Shown: positions 21,114 through 33,010, counted from the first letter of the stretch. The stretch is DNA of 64,000 nucleotides from Macrostomum lignano (GCA_002269645.1 NIVC01000981.1:62001-126000), one strand, 5' to 3'. The notes: generated by a model not told the origin, from the sequence alone. Translations and numbers: made by a program.

Positions 21114-22236
21114 TGAAATAGATAGCGTTTTTCTCGGGGTGGCCTGGTAGGTCTTTGAATCCCACCGCTGCCACCAGTGAAATAGAATGGTTTTCTCGGG
21201 GTGGCCTGGTAGGTCTTTGAATCCCACCGCTGCCACCAATGAAGTACAATGAGGTTTCTTCCCGGTTTAGGCCCTTGCGGATTACCTTCAGACTCGGGCC
21301 TCTTCAGTGGGAAGTTCTCTCAACTTTCTCAGTAGCGTAGGTAGTGCTGCCACCAGTTCCTTCAGGTCTCGGCCTTCGATGAGGTGAGCTTCCCGTCGGA
21401 ACGAAACAAACAAGTCAACGAACTCAGCACAGCGTGCAGATTTGCAGATTAATGAACAAGGCGTCCTGATCAGCAGATCCCCGCCGGGCTCAGGGGTGAC
21501 TGGGAAGGCAGTGTTAGCCTCCCTTAGGCTTGGGCTTTAGTGGGGTCTCAGTCAGACCAGTACAAACGGATTCAGTACGCAAAGGGCACTTAGTTAGACA
21601 CTGACGCACACGGGTTCTTAGTGAATTCTCCGCAGATAAGAAGCCAAAATCCTTGACGGAAACAAGGGGAGAGGGGTCCTATTTATAGCCGGGAAACACC
21701 CACGCACAAGACCTCGTGACTTGTTCTATTTTTAGAACTGACGTCACTTGAGGTCTCGAGGCAGGGTCTCAGTGCGCGCAAGACCTCGTGACTCGTTCTA
21801 TTTTTAGAACTGACGTCACTTGAGGTCTCCGGCCAGAGTACACGCGGCTGTGACTCAGTTGCTATTTTTAGCAACATGAGTCACTCCTCTCCTTAGAGAA
21901 GGGAGGGTTCCGAAAGCACGTGATTCTCCCGGTAAACAGGGCCAACGAGTGCAGTAAACATGTTTACTGCACTTTAGGACTCGAAGAACGCAGAGTCTGT
22001 CATGTGACTTGCTCACATGACAGAGGAAAACGGGACGGGAACGAAACAGAGAAAGCCCACAGCAGAGAAGCTGAGGGCTGAGAACAGAGACGCAGAAGGG
22101 CAGAACAGGCCAAGGGCAGCAACAGACGGGCCAAGGGGGGTGGGAAGCTGACCAGCGGCAGACAGCAACCCAGGGCGAGGGCGAGGGAGACTGCTGACAA
22201 AGTGGGACGCCTAACATCAACTAGCGGATCACTACA
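21114..22236 (-). repeat. 5' LTR (1123 bp) with TATA box and U3 enhancer repeats
   Basis: TATAAATA at 21680-21687 (minus strand); a duplicated U3 block containing TGACGTCA; two internal PBS copies at 21159-21176 and 21221-21238. Confidence 0.95.
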
Positions 22237-23667
22237 CAACATTTACGCCACTTGATTTATGCCATATACTTATGCCAAGCATTTACGCCAAGGCACATTT
22301 TGGCCTATACTTACGCCAAGCACTTATGCCAGCCTCCGATCCCAAACCAGATTTACGCCGGAGATCTCCGGGATAAACGACATGATCTGGACTATGGTGG
22401 AAGAGTTATTGTAAGGTAAGGAAAAGAAGAAAAAAGTTCATTTTAAGCTTAGATTTCAAGCTTTCTGGGTTTTAAAAGCTTGTAATAAAGTATTTAAGCA
22501 AATCTTTGAATACATTATTGATTTTTTATCATAAAAAGAGTATTGCCAAAGAAGCAAAAAAAGTAACCAAATTATCTACCAAATAGGGTCCATTATACTA
22601 CTCACAAAAGCTCATTTATTGTCACAATGTAAAAAAGGTCATTTATTGTTGCAACACCAGCATAGTTTTGATGATTTTTTAATGTGCATTTGTAATTATT
22701 CAATTTTTGTTTAGGTGTGCACCTAGCATGATCCAGATTATAGGTCAGGAGATAAATATACTATTAGTAAAAATAGGTTAAAAGATATTAGTTAGAAGAA
22801 TTATGATCAATATTTTGGTCATTGAAGTGGGCCTATCTAATTTTTTAATAAGTAAATTTTGACAATCTAACTTAGAGAATGATACATTTATATAAATATA
22901 TGCTTGTAAAATAAAAAAACCACTATATTGAAAACCAAGATTCTAAATAGAATTCACCAAAAGAAAAGATCATATAAGTTATATCTCTACCCTACTCTTT
23001 AAATCAATAAGTCTTTCTAAACCATAGAAATTATGTTGTACTTAGGATTGTCTCAAGGTAATTAGTTTGGTAGGTCTTTGACTCCCATCCCAGTGGGAAA
23101 TTCTGGTACGCCCAAGGGTGCGCAGACCGCGGCGCCCGGTGGCCTGTGGCCGGTAGCGGGGCGCACTCTTTGTCCAGTCGGGGCGCCGGCCTTATACCCG
23201 GCGCCCGGTGGACTGCCCAATAAATTAAGGCAAGAATTGGTTTACTCTACTAACAGTAGTATGCAGGGCTTTTACTGATATATTTTGCTCTGGCAGCAGC
23301 CTAGCTTTCTGGTTGTTTCAAAATTGAATTTATTTCCAAATAATTTTCAGAGCTATCTGATTTTTTTAAGCAATTGTCTCTTCCATTATAAATTTAAACA
23401 ACCTTGCTGCTACCTGCTTACGAAGTTTGCCTTTTGTAAATTTTTTTGCAGTTCTTTAGAAAATTAGTTTGAGTCTATGAATGAAATCGAATAAGAAACT
23501 TAAATGTAATGAAATTTGAATTTATTTAGCGAAGTTAAATGGAACTGATATTAAAACACAATATTAGAACGAAAAATAGTTAAGTTTTTGGCAACAAAGG
23601 TGTTGAAAGAATGTCAGTTTTAAAATCATTTTGACAGCATTTACTCGTAAAATACGTGCTCTCATAA

Positions 23668-26629
23668 TTAGAAGATTTTAAATTGTCCATCATCCAGCTC
23701 TCGCTGATCTTCGGACCAGTTTGATCCACTTGATTCGGTTTCGTCATCAGATTCGAGAGAGCAGTCAGTGCGGTAGTTGGTTTTTGACTTTGCTGAACGG
23801 GGGCGATGGTTGTTCCGCTTTCGAGGCTGAGAATCCAACTGAATACTCGCTCGCTTTCTGGATTGGGAGCTCGGCTTTGCTGTCGCCGCTGGCGGCACTT
23901 CTCCCGCTGATAGTCGCGATGGTGTCTGTGACATTGGAAAGAAAACAAAAAATTACTGCATGCACATTTTATCTTACTGATAGTAGTATTTAATGCTTAG
24001 CAATCATAGTATTCATCGTTCATTATTCAGTTTAGATACGTTTTTACTCACTAGGGAAAAAGAAGATGAATGGCTGTGTCTTTGCACGGCGCTGCCAGAA
24101 GCGGGACTTTGAGTCGCTGCCACCAAAGACCGTCTTTGCACGGCGCTGCCAGAAGCGGGACTTTGAGTCGCTGCCACCAGAGATCGTCTTTGCACAGCGC
24201 TGCCAGAAGCGGGACTTTGAGTCGCTGCCACCAAAGACCGTCTTTGCACGGCGCTGCCAGAAGCGGGGCTTGGAGTCGCTGCCACCAGAGACTGTCTTTG
24301 TACGGCGCTGCCAGAAGCGGGGCTTGGAGTCGCTGCCACCAGAGACTGTCTTTGTACGGCGCTGCCAGAAGCGGGACTTTGAGTCGCTGCCACCAGAGAC
24401 TGTCTTTGTACGGCGCTGCCAGAAGCGGGGCTTGGAGTCGCTGCCACCAGAGACTGTCTTTGTACGGCGCTGCCAGAAGCGGGGCTTGGAGTCGCTGCCA
24501 CCAGAGACTGTCTTTGTACGGCGCTGCCAGAAGCGGGACTTTGAGTCGCTGCCACCAGAGACTGTCTTTGTACGGCGCTGCCAGAAGCGGGGCTTGGAGT
24601 CGCTGCCACCAGAGACTGTCTTTGTACGGCGCTGTCAGAAGCGGGGCTTTGAGTCTGGACTCCGGAAAGCAGCTGGCTTCCTGTGCGATGCGACCGCCCC
24701 TTTAATCGGTCACCGCCATGCTTTAGCTGCTGTCTGCAAGTATTTCTTACAGATTGTTCAGAGGGCCTGCCGGCTTCAGCGGTCGCGCCATAGATGAATG
24801 TGATTGCTTCTGTTAGGAAAAAAGTTGAAAGTTACTATGAATAGCATGCACTGTGCTCGACTAATTTCTTGATATTTAGCTCTAAAAGTCTCATTGAACG
24901 TTGATTAAGTAGACTTACTTTGGAAATGGCTGAGCAGAGTGCTCTGAAATCCAAGCTGCGCATCAGTAAGGTTGGTCGCAACTCCAGCAGCAACAGCTCG
25001 GCTTCGCATGTCTGACCCGATTAAATTAATAACCGCCTGCATCTCTTTCGACAAGCTCTCGTTAAGCATTGCCATTAAAGCATCGGACCACTTGTCTCGC
25101 TTGCATGAACGTAGCAGGCTCTTCTGTTTAGATTTTTACAGGTGAGAATACTTATAGATTATTATTTCAGTGATAGTACTAGTGCGCTTTGAGTAGTAGT
25201 TAGAGCATTTCTTCTAATGAAAAGAAAATAAAAAACTCTGTCATGAACTTACCAAAGTAGAAATATGTTCATTTGGACTGGAAGCGAATTGCACATATTT
25301 TTCCCAGGAGTTGATCGGCCAGAATGAAGGCTCAGAATTATCAGTTGGAATGTCAGCGCCAACAGGTTCCAAAAAGCGTAGCACGCTCTGCACTTCAGTG
25401 CGCATTGCGGTGATTTGTTTGGTCAAACTATTTTCTAATGCTTTCAATTCATTCTTGCGCATAGTAAGTTCGCGTAGGGCATATAAGGACAGAAACTTGA
25501 TGCCTCTTGGACTTTCCAGCTCAAAGCTAACACCGGCTTGGATCTGCTCTTCTAGTTTTCTAAGAAAGCCAGAACCAAAATTAAAAGATGAAATGGTGGG
25601 AGGCGACTTAGGAATCGTCGATCGATCATCTGCTACGAACTCAGCTTCTATTTCAGCTTCCGCCTCAGCTTCCACCTCAGCTCCCATCTCAGCTTCCACC
25701 TCAGCTTCCGCCTCAGCTTCCGCCTCAGCTCCCATCTCAGCTTCCACCTCAGCTCCGATCTCAGCTTCCACCTCATCTTCCGCTTCAGCTTCCGCCTCAG
25801 CTTCCACTTCAGCTTCCGCCTCAGCTTCCACTTCAGCTTCCGCCTCAGCTTCCGCCTCAGCTTCCATATCGGCGTCTACGCCAGCTTCTGCTTCATCATC
25901 ACTAATAGGAGGCATTGGCGCTAACTGTGCAATCGTAGGCGGATGTTGTTTAGGCAGCAAAGCTGGAGGTTGCAAACAGCGGCTGCTCTTATCTTCGAAG
26001 ATTGCCTCGGAATCGGTGGCTGAGCCGTCTGACAGATTCTGTTTGGGATGGTTACGGCATGAGAAATTATCAAGTTAATGTCAGTTTTAAAGATTATTTT
26101 CACATTTAATTTCTTCCCTTTTCTTAAAAAATAGTTTAAAAGGTAAAACGGAGAAAACAAAGTTCTCGATAAAAATTATATGGGCTGTGCTTAATTTTAC
26201 CTTAGTCTGGTAATGCCTTCGTGCTTTCTTCATGTCACGCTCCTGAAAGACTCTGGGTTGAACCAACTCGAGAATTCGGTTCAGTCGGGTCTTTTTGGCC
26301 ACCAATTCACGCACAAAGCGGAAGCTCCCAGGCTCTAGGTTGTTGCTTAGTATTACCTTTAAATTAATGAGAAAATATGAGCGTACAAATATTAGATCGA
26401 TTCAAGAATTTTAACATTTCAATCGTTGGGATCGGTTGCTTACCTGAATAATTAGAGCAGAGTAAAAACAGCCTTCATACAAGGCTTCACACTTCCACTT
26501 CTCAGTGGAGTCCCTCTTTTCTAACCATTCCTCTTCCTTAAGGTTTTGAAAGCCTTCAGGAAGCTTCACTTCGCTTTCCGAGACCTCAACAATTTGACGG
26601 TCGTCTTTAAAGATCACTAAAAACTTCAT
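23668..26629 (-). CDS. EnSpm accessory protein (~782 aa, 6 exons) with a DUF4806/BEN-like region and low-complexity repeats
   Basis: Phase-consistent exons 26629-26444, 26356-26201, 26038-25253, 25123-24919, 24809-24052 and 23925-23668 (stop). The segment [17 protein letters not shown]...GFQSTLL...[16 protein letters not shown] resembles, from memory, DUF4806-type accessory ORFs of animal EnSpm elements. Confidence 0.75.
24075..24660. repeat. 48-bp tandem repeat, coding ([17 protein letters not shown]-like 16-aa units) in the accessory gene
   Basis: About 12 units, in frame in exon 24809-24052. Confidence 0.9.
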
Positions 26630-26993
26630 TGTAGCATGCAGACTAGACTATGCTAGTGCAAAACTGAGTACCAAATAAAGCAAGAGTTTGGAGCTCACAC
26701 TATAGTTTATGCTTATTTAATGATTCAGTGGTTTAGGTTGCTTCTAGAAGCAATTGTCTTCTATAGTTCTTCGAATGAAAAAGGCCGCCCTGGCTTTTCC
26801 AATTTCATTGGCCCTACCGTCCCCGCATCCATACCTGTCCAATCAGCGCGCACAAACCCCCAAAGGAATAGTTTTCAATTCTTCCCAGCTTTTGTTCATA
26901 TCCTTTCTTTAATACGAAATAAGCAATCGTAGTAATTACTTTATTATTATTACAACAGTCAACTATCATCAAAGTCTGATTCGGACGAAAACA

Positions 26994-29020
26994 ATGACAA
27001 GGCAATTGAGGCGACAAGCAAATAAGGATTTGCTGGGCTTGTTCATGGAAGGAGAACAAGAAGCTTTGGAAGACATCGCACTGCAAGAGAAAAAAAGAAA
27101 AGTATTCGAAGCAGATGATTCTGGGAGAGTCGCCGGTTTCATCGCTTCGGAGTCCTCTGTAGCAGAAGTCAATGAAGGTACGGATCCAGATCTTGACAAC
27201 GACAATGGCAGCTATCCTGATTTTGACGAGTTCGCGCGAGTTTGCAGCGATGAAGATGAGGAGATTGACAAGAAAGAGGATGACCGCTCTTTAGAAGATA
27301 AAATATTCGCCTTGCTGGTAGTCTACTTTTCTTGTTTCAACCTAAGTCGTGGATCTAAAAAATTCCTTGTTGATGGTCTAAGAGACATAGGCTTGCCTGC
27401 GCCGAAGTCTGTCAACTCTATTGAGGCCGTCATCAATGCTGGCGATCCAACGGAAAAATTGGAGCCCATGGGAAAAGGCCATTTTCGCTACATTTCGATT
27501 CTGAAAAATCTAGAACTAATGTTTCGCAAAAACCAGCTGCACATGAAGCCAGAATATCTACAACACGATAGTGAAACTGAGAAGGTTTACAAAATTGAAG
27601 CCATCGTTAATTTTGACGGCTTGCCTTTGTACCGAGCAAGCCACTTCGGTCTTTGGCCCATACTTATGTCTATTCCCAGCATATTCAGCAGACCTTTTCC
27701 AGTAGCCGTATGGGCTGGTTGTGGCAAGCCACCTCTGAATGATTATCTTCGACAATTTTGCGACGAGGCTAAACGTTTTCTTACGGGTCCAATAAAAATT
27801 ATCGAAAATTTAAGCATCAGCTTCTCGACTATCCGATTTGTTTGCGATGCGCCTGCTCGAGCCTGGGTCTCAGTAACTCAAGGGCACATGTCGTACGTCG
27901 GTTGCATGTACTGCAGGGCTACTGGACCTTATACCGACAACAGAGTAACATTTTCAACGAGCGTCGGGGAGTCTCGTAGCAGCCAACAATACCGAGAGGG
28001 AAAGGAGTCTAACCAGGAAAATAAAAAATCGCTCTATCGCCCCTTCTAAATTTGCCTAACATTAGTTTTGTCGATGCTTTTCCCCCTGACTACCAGCATG
28101 CCGTATGCCTTGGAGTCACAAGGAAGCTATTTTACCTATTTTTCGACAAATCTAATGGCAAGAAGTGTCTCGTCTATCCCGGTCCGATGAGCCTATTGGG
28201 CGACCGAATTACTATGGCTGCCGGTTGGACACCTTCAAACTTTCAACGAAGACCCCGGAAAATCGACTTGGAACTGAAGCACATGAAGGCTACTGAATTC
28301 AGACAGTACTTGCTGTACCTAGGACCTGTCCTCTTCAAAGGCATTTTAAATGAAGAAAGGTATAACCACTTTCTTTACCTCCATTTCGCCATTTACGCAT
28401 ACTCCAACGAAAGGTACTCCAAGTGGTGGACGCAGGCAAAAACTTGCATTGAAGTTTTTGTTGAACGGGCTGCCCACCTTTACGGCCAGAAGTTTATAAG
28501 TTTCAATCTTCACACTATTCTTCATTTGGATGAGTTTGTCCGAAAGCTAGGCAGTTTAAACAACTTTTCGACTTTCCCTTTCGAAAACTTTCTTGGATCT
28601 GTAAAGCGCCGCGTAAAGGTGACAAGGCACATGGCAGCGCATTCAGTTAAGCAGGTGCTCAGAGTTCGCGATCTTCTGTTGAATGAGCAGCGAATTCCAC
28701 CGTTGAAATTCAGCACAAAGCGAGGTGATAATTGTTGCATAATCGACAAAGTATGCGTCCTAATCGAAGCTGTAAGTGAAGCTAATCAAGTCACTGGCAG
28801 GATTTTACACCCAGTTGACAACATCTACGCCAACCCATATCCATCTTTGCGTCTGGGAATCGGCTTGTACAGGATGACATCTGGTGTTCTAACTGGCACA
28901 CCTGAGCGAAAGTGCTGGATTTTGCCTGCGAATCTGCTTGCCAATCTTGCTGGAGCGGACAGGGATCCAGCAAGCCATTTTTTTGTCATTCCTCTGACAG
29001 GTGACTCCGAGGAGGCCTGA
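26994..29020 (+). CDS. EnSpm/CACTA-type transposase, one frameshift at ~28025
   Basis: Motifs NFDGLPL, CDAPARA, GH..Y.GC..C, PPDYQHAVCLG, KATEFRQYLLY, FNLHTILHL and STFPFEN. One extra A in the A6 run at ~28024-28029 joins ORFs 26994-28049 and 28052-29020 (…KKIALSPLLNLP…). Confidence 0.92.
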
Positions 29021-30909
29021 TGTAGGACGCGTGAGTCGCAAGTGAGTACTAAAAATATCTTTCTCTGGTTTTTTATATCAATCCGATTTCCTTCTATCTC
29101 GATTCTCGTATTCCCTGTATTCTGCAATTCTGCAATTTCTTCCTGTATATGTTCTCAGCTTCAACACGCAGACATGATTGTAGATTGTGAGTTAAATATT
29201 AGTATATTACGATGCATACTCGATCGCAACTGCCATTTTATCTTTACTTTTAGGATCCGCAGTTTCACGAGTTTACTACAAGCCTGGCGATCGGTCATTC
29301 ATGAACTGGAGTTATTTTAGAGACTGATTATATTGATTCTATCTTTATTGTTTACATTCTTGAACCCTAGAATTAGGTACAGCTTAAAATTCGGTGTTAT
29401 AGAGGCCGGAGGGGTAATTTAGCTCAAAACTGTGTAGGAGGGGTGGAGGGGCCGGAAACTTAGTGGGAGGTGATGCCGCTGTATGTGGCTGAAATGGGGG
29501 ATTTATTTTCTTAAACCCCAGTATACGAGTATGAAATACTAATGGTATTGTATACAGTATTCCTACCTCCAATTCAAGCCAACAGAATTTTTGTAATATT
29601 TTACTTATCCCATTGATAATAATCAACTAGCTGCACAACTGTAATTTCCATCTGTTACCATCTGGTTTTACTTTTAAGCACATATAAAATGCTATGAATA
29701 TTTTCTTTCTTTTGCTGGCACCTATTTTAGGTCAGATCGAATCAATACTTTCCGTATCAAAGTATTTATGTGTTTATGCTAGGTTGTAACTTATCAAGCC
29801 TTCAGTTCAGTTTACAGTTTTACAGTTCAGACCTTGTCAAGCCTCGCACGAAATTCGTCTTTATTCTTCCTTTATCTTTGGTGCAATATGGGAATAGAAA
29901 AAACTTGATGACCTGCACTGATAAGGAGTCAGGACAGTTTGTTTGTTTCGCATAGGTTCGCTTAAGCAGGCAAGAACGGTACAACGTAGAAATTCCCATA
30001 TCACTTCTCTAGCCTTTCTTCTAACCCCCCCCCCACCCAACTGAAATGAATTGGCCAAAATTAGCTGTCACCTCTAGGTTAAAATAATTCCTTGCATTGC
30101 CCTGTCATTACGGGTTATTGCCACTGGCCAGGAAATTCAAAACATTTTTCTAAGAGCAACTCAAAATGAGTAAGCTTTATACAGGCTATAATTGATGAGA
30201 GATTTCTGTTAATGAGAGATAAAGCCCACACGGGTTTTATTGATGTCGGGTTGTAAAAGACGATCGCAAATAGAGAACAATATAGCGAGAATATTCAAGC
30301 TGGCGGACGTGCGCCGAGCTATAATTTTCTGTTAACTCGGGGATTCAGTAAGACTAGAATAATTGAGTGGCAAAAACTGTCATGAGAACGCAAAGGCACT
30401 TTGAAACCTTTATGATTCAGTGGATTTATTCATCCGGAAAAATGACAAGGCGGGGGTTAGATTGTTATTTATTCATGACCTGTCCCATTTGAGCTCTGAC
30501 CGCCTCTGAATATGAAAACTGAGAAAATATCTATGTCTATGTATCCCTCCTTATCAAAATGTGACTGAGTGACTGTGCCCTACTCGTAATCGGGGAGATA
30601 AATGAAGGGGAGACAGGGGAGACAGTCTCCTATCTCCAATCTCCCATGTCTCTTATTTGCCATTATGCAGTTAACTGGGCCCGTCATGCATAGCCTACTG
30701 CAGGCTGCAGGGGTCAGCAAACTCCAGCCCACGGGCCACATGCGGCCCGCAGTCTCTCTATCCAGCCCTCGGGTCCTTTCTAACTTCCCATGCCAATAAC
30801 AATCCAGCCCGCTCAAGGTTTGCATCTCTTCTCAGCTTTTTTGCTAATTTCTTCTCCTTTTCTCATCAAAATCTCCCCTCTCTCCTCCTTTCCCCTCTTT
30901 CCTTGCTCC

Positions 30910-31103
30910 CAGTGGCGCAACCAGGGGGGGCGGGGGGGGGCGGGGGGGGCGGGGCCCCCCCTTAGGCGGAGACCCAGAAAAAATTGAAGGGGGGACCAAG
31001 CGAATTTTCGCCAAAAACAGAGCCTCCCCTCCGCCCCCTCCCTCACGGGACTTTACCTTCCAGAATCCGCCCCCCCCTCAAAAAATTTCTGGTTGCCCTA
31101 CTG
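30910..31103. mobile_element. hAT-type MITE (194 bp) nested in the EnSpm element
   Basis: TIRs CAGTGGCGCAACCAG / CAGTAGGGCAACCAG; 8-bp TSD CTTGCTCC at 30902-30909 and 31104-31111. A related truncated copy starts at 31441. Confidence 0.85.
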
Positions 31104-31984
31104 CTTGCTCCCTTCCTCTGACATCTCTCCTTTCGCCTCTCTCCTCTCTCCCTTTATCTCCCTTCTTTCTCTCATCTCGCCTCTCTCCTCTCTTCCCTCC
31201 TCTCACATCTCACATCTCTCCCCTCTCCCCTCCACTCTCCTCCTTCTGGCCCGCAGTCTTGAGCTAGATTCTCTATCTGGCACTTAAAGTAAAATAGTTA
31301 GCCAATCCCTCGCAAGGAATTTCGATCATTACAATGAGCAAAAGTTGACATTAACAAAATTTTGGCGGGCGCGTTGTGCCAAGCCTGAACAGCTTCTCTA
31401 GACAGCACTCTGTGCTCTCCAGAATTACTTGAACTGTTAGCAGTGGCGCAAGCAGAATTTCTTATGTGGGGGGGGGGGGGGCGGATTCTGAAGGGTAAAG
31501 ACCCAAGGGGGCGGAGGGGTGGCTCTGTATTTTGGCAAAAATGCGCTTGGTCCCCCTTTAATACAGCTTGGCAAACCTGATTGATTTTCCGGGATTTCCC
31601 CTGTCCTAGTTGTATTTCTCTAAAATTCTGGAAGATAAATCGAGATTCTAGATAATAGCTGCATCTAAGATTAGTTTGTTTTGCTATCGCATTGTACCGT
31701 ACAATTAATTATTGAAAATTTTAAACCTTTGCTGGCATACGCATATGTTATCTTTGACCTTACCTGTTGTTTAATAGGTAAATTATTACTGTATGGAGGT
31801 ACATGTAGATATAGGCATTTTGACTGTCAACTGTCCACCCCATACAAGCATACGGCTTTCAAATAATTATGCAACCTTGTGCAAGGGTATGCCGCCTACT
31901 TACATGTAAAACTTTGAAATGAGTATTTATTTACGCCACTATCCAAGGGGGGGGGGGGCGCGGCCGCGGGAGACCGACAGCGGA

Positions 31985-32200
31985 GACCGCCACAATTTGC
32001 CCGCCAGACAATTTGCCCGCCAGACAATTTGCCCGCCAGACAATTTGCCCGCCAGACAATTTGCCCGCCAGACAATTTGCCCGCCAGACAATTTGCCCGC
32101 CAGACAATTTGCCCGCCAGACAATTTGCCCGCCAGACAATTTGCCCGCCAGACAATTTGCCCGCCAGACAATTTGCCCGCCAGACAATTTGCCCGCCGCC
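31985..32200. repeat. 16-bp tandem repeat (ACAATTTGCCCGCCAG)
   Basis: About 13 units; they account for the overlapping ORFs at 31896-32324. Confidence 0.95.
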
Positions 32201-33010
32201 CTATTTCACCTTGAATAGAACGGCGATCAAATTGTGGCGGTCAAATGTACTCGTAGATGTAGTAGACCCGGCGGCCGCCCCCTTTGCCATGGCTGGACTT
32301 GCATATAAGGGGGGTAAATTTTGAGCTTACTTTGGCTTTTTAGACCAAAACAAAAATTTGGGCAAATCTGCCCCCACTACTTTAAAAATCCTGAATTGAC
32401 CACCAAATCGGACTCATCTAAATGAAAACTTAAGAATACAAGCAACATTGTACATGCGCTAGTGCTTAAGTAGTGGAGTATTAAAAAATATATTTTTTGT
32501 TGCGTTGATTTCGAAGATCAAAAGGTATTACTTATAAGTAGGTAGGCTAAAACGCACACTTTTGCGTTCACATCCAATTTCTGAAGTGTATGAAACTCAG
32601 AAAAATTTGCACGAGTCGCCTATACCCCACTTTGGAGCTTGCAGCAATTTTTCAAAGAGATGGCTGCTCAAAGGGTTAAAAGTTCAAGTTAGCTGTAGTA
32701 TGAGGATTGGTCAATGCAAATAAATAATGAGCTCATTATACAAGAAAATAATTAATAAGGATATCAATAGTTCGCCCCACTGTCCACTGCACGTACTGAA
32801 AGGCGTACTGTCAGGTTCGAGCACAAAAACACCCGAAACTAAAAAAATCAACTTTAAAAATTCTGCTCTTTACATAATTTCCTCACAAAAATATTTCATA
32901 CGTACAAAGAAGAAAACCTACAAACTTTTATCTTGCGGGATGGGGCGTACCCTTGAGGGCCGCCGGGGCGCCGGCCTAGAGGGTACGCCCCAATTTTTCT
33001 AACCACTGGG

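Larger units (their letters stand above)
13050..22236 (-). mobile_element. Full-length Ty3/gypsy LTR retrotransposon, recent insertion
   Basis: LTRs at 13050-14171 and 21114-22236 (minus strand TG...CA). TSD CAAC at 13046-13049 and 22237-22240. PBS at 21095-21112, PPT (GAACGGGGAGAG) next to 14171, and gag-PR-RT-RH-IN order. Confidence 0.97.
23089..33010 (+). mobile_element. EnSpm/CACTA (CMC) DNA transposon, ~9.9 kb
   Basis: Termini CCCAGTGG...CCACTGGG, 2-bp TSD AT (23087-23088 and 33011-33012), GC-rich subterminal repeats (GGGGCGCCGGCC, GGCGCCCGGTGG, GGGTACGCCCC) at both ends, and an internal EnSpm-type transposase. Confidence 0.88.

Noticed and set aside
21095-21238. tRNA gene or tRNA-derived SINE
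   Set aside because: Only the 18-22 nt matching a tRNA 3' end (including CCA) is present, so these are PBS copies and not a cloverleaf.
14334-21249. Numerous plus-strand and alternative-frame ORFs over the retrotransposon
   Set aside because: Shadow ORFs of GC-rich gag/pol; no independent motifs and no env-like TM protein.
22237-22375. Short degenerate repeats CATTTACGCCA/CTTATGCCA continuing from 13037 across the gypsy insertion
   Set aside because: Possibly an arm of a small foldback element, but no partner arm or TSD was identified.
25311-26078. 255-aa plus-strand Ser/Ala-rich ORF
   Set aside because: Antisense shadow of the (EA)n exon of the EnSpm accessory gene.
28015-28050. Programmed frameshift in the EnSpm transposase A-run
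   Set aside because: The run is not a correctly phased XXXYYYZ heptamer; an indel (real or a sequencing error) is the simpler explanation.
30708-30775. hAT/Charlie-like terminus CAGGGGTCAGCAAAC…GGGCCACATGCGGCCCG
   Set aside because: Single end only, with no partner TIR or TSD.
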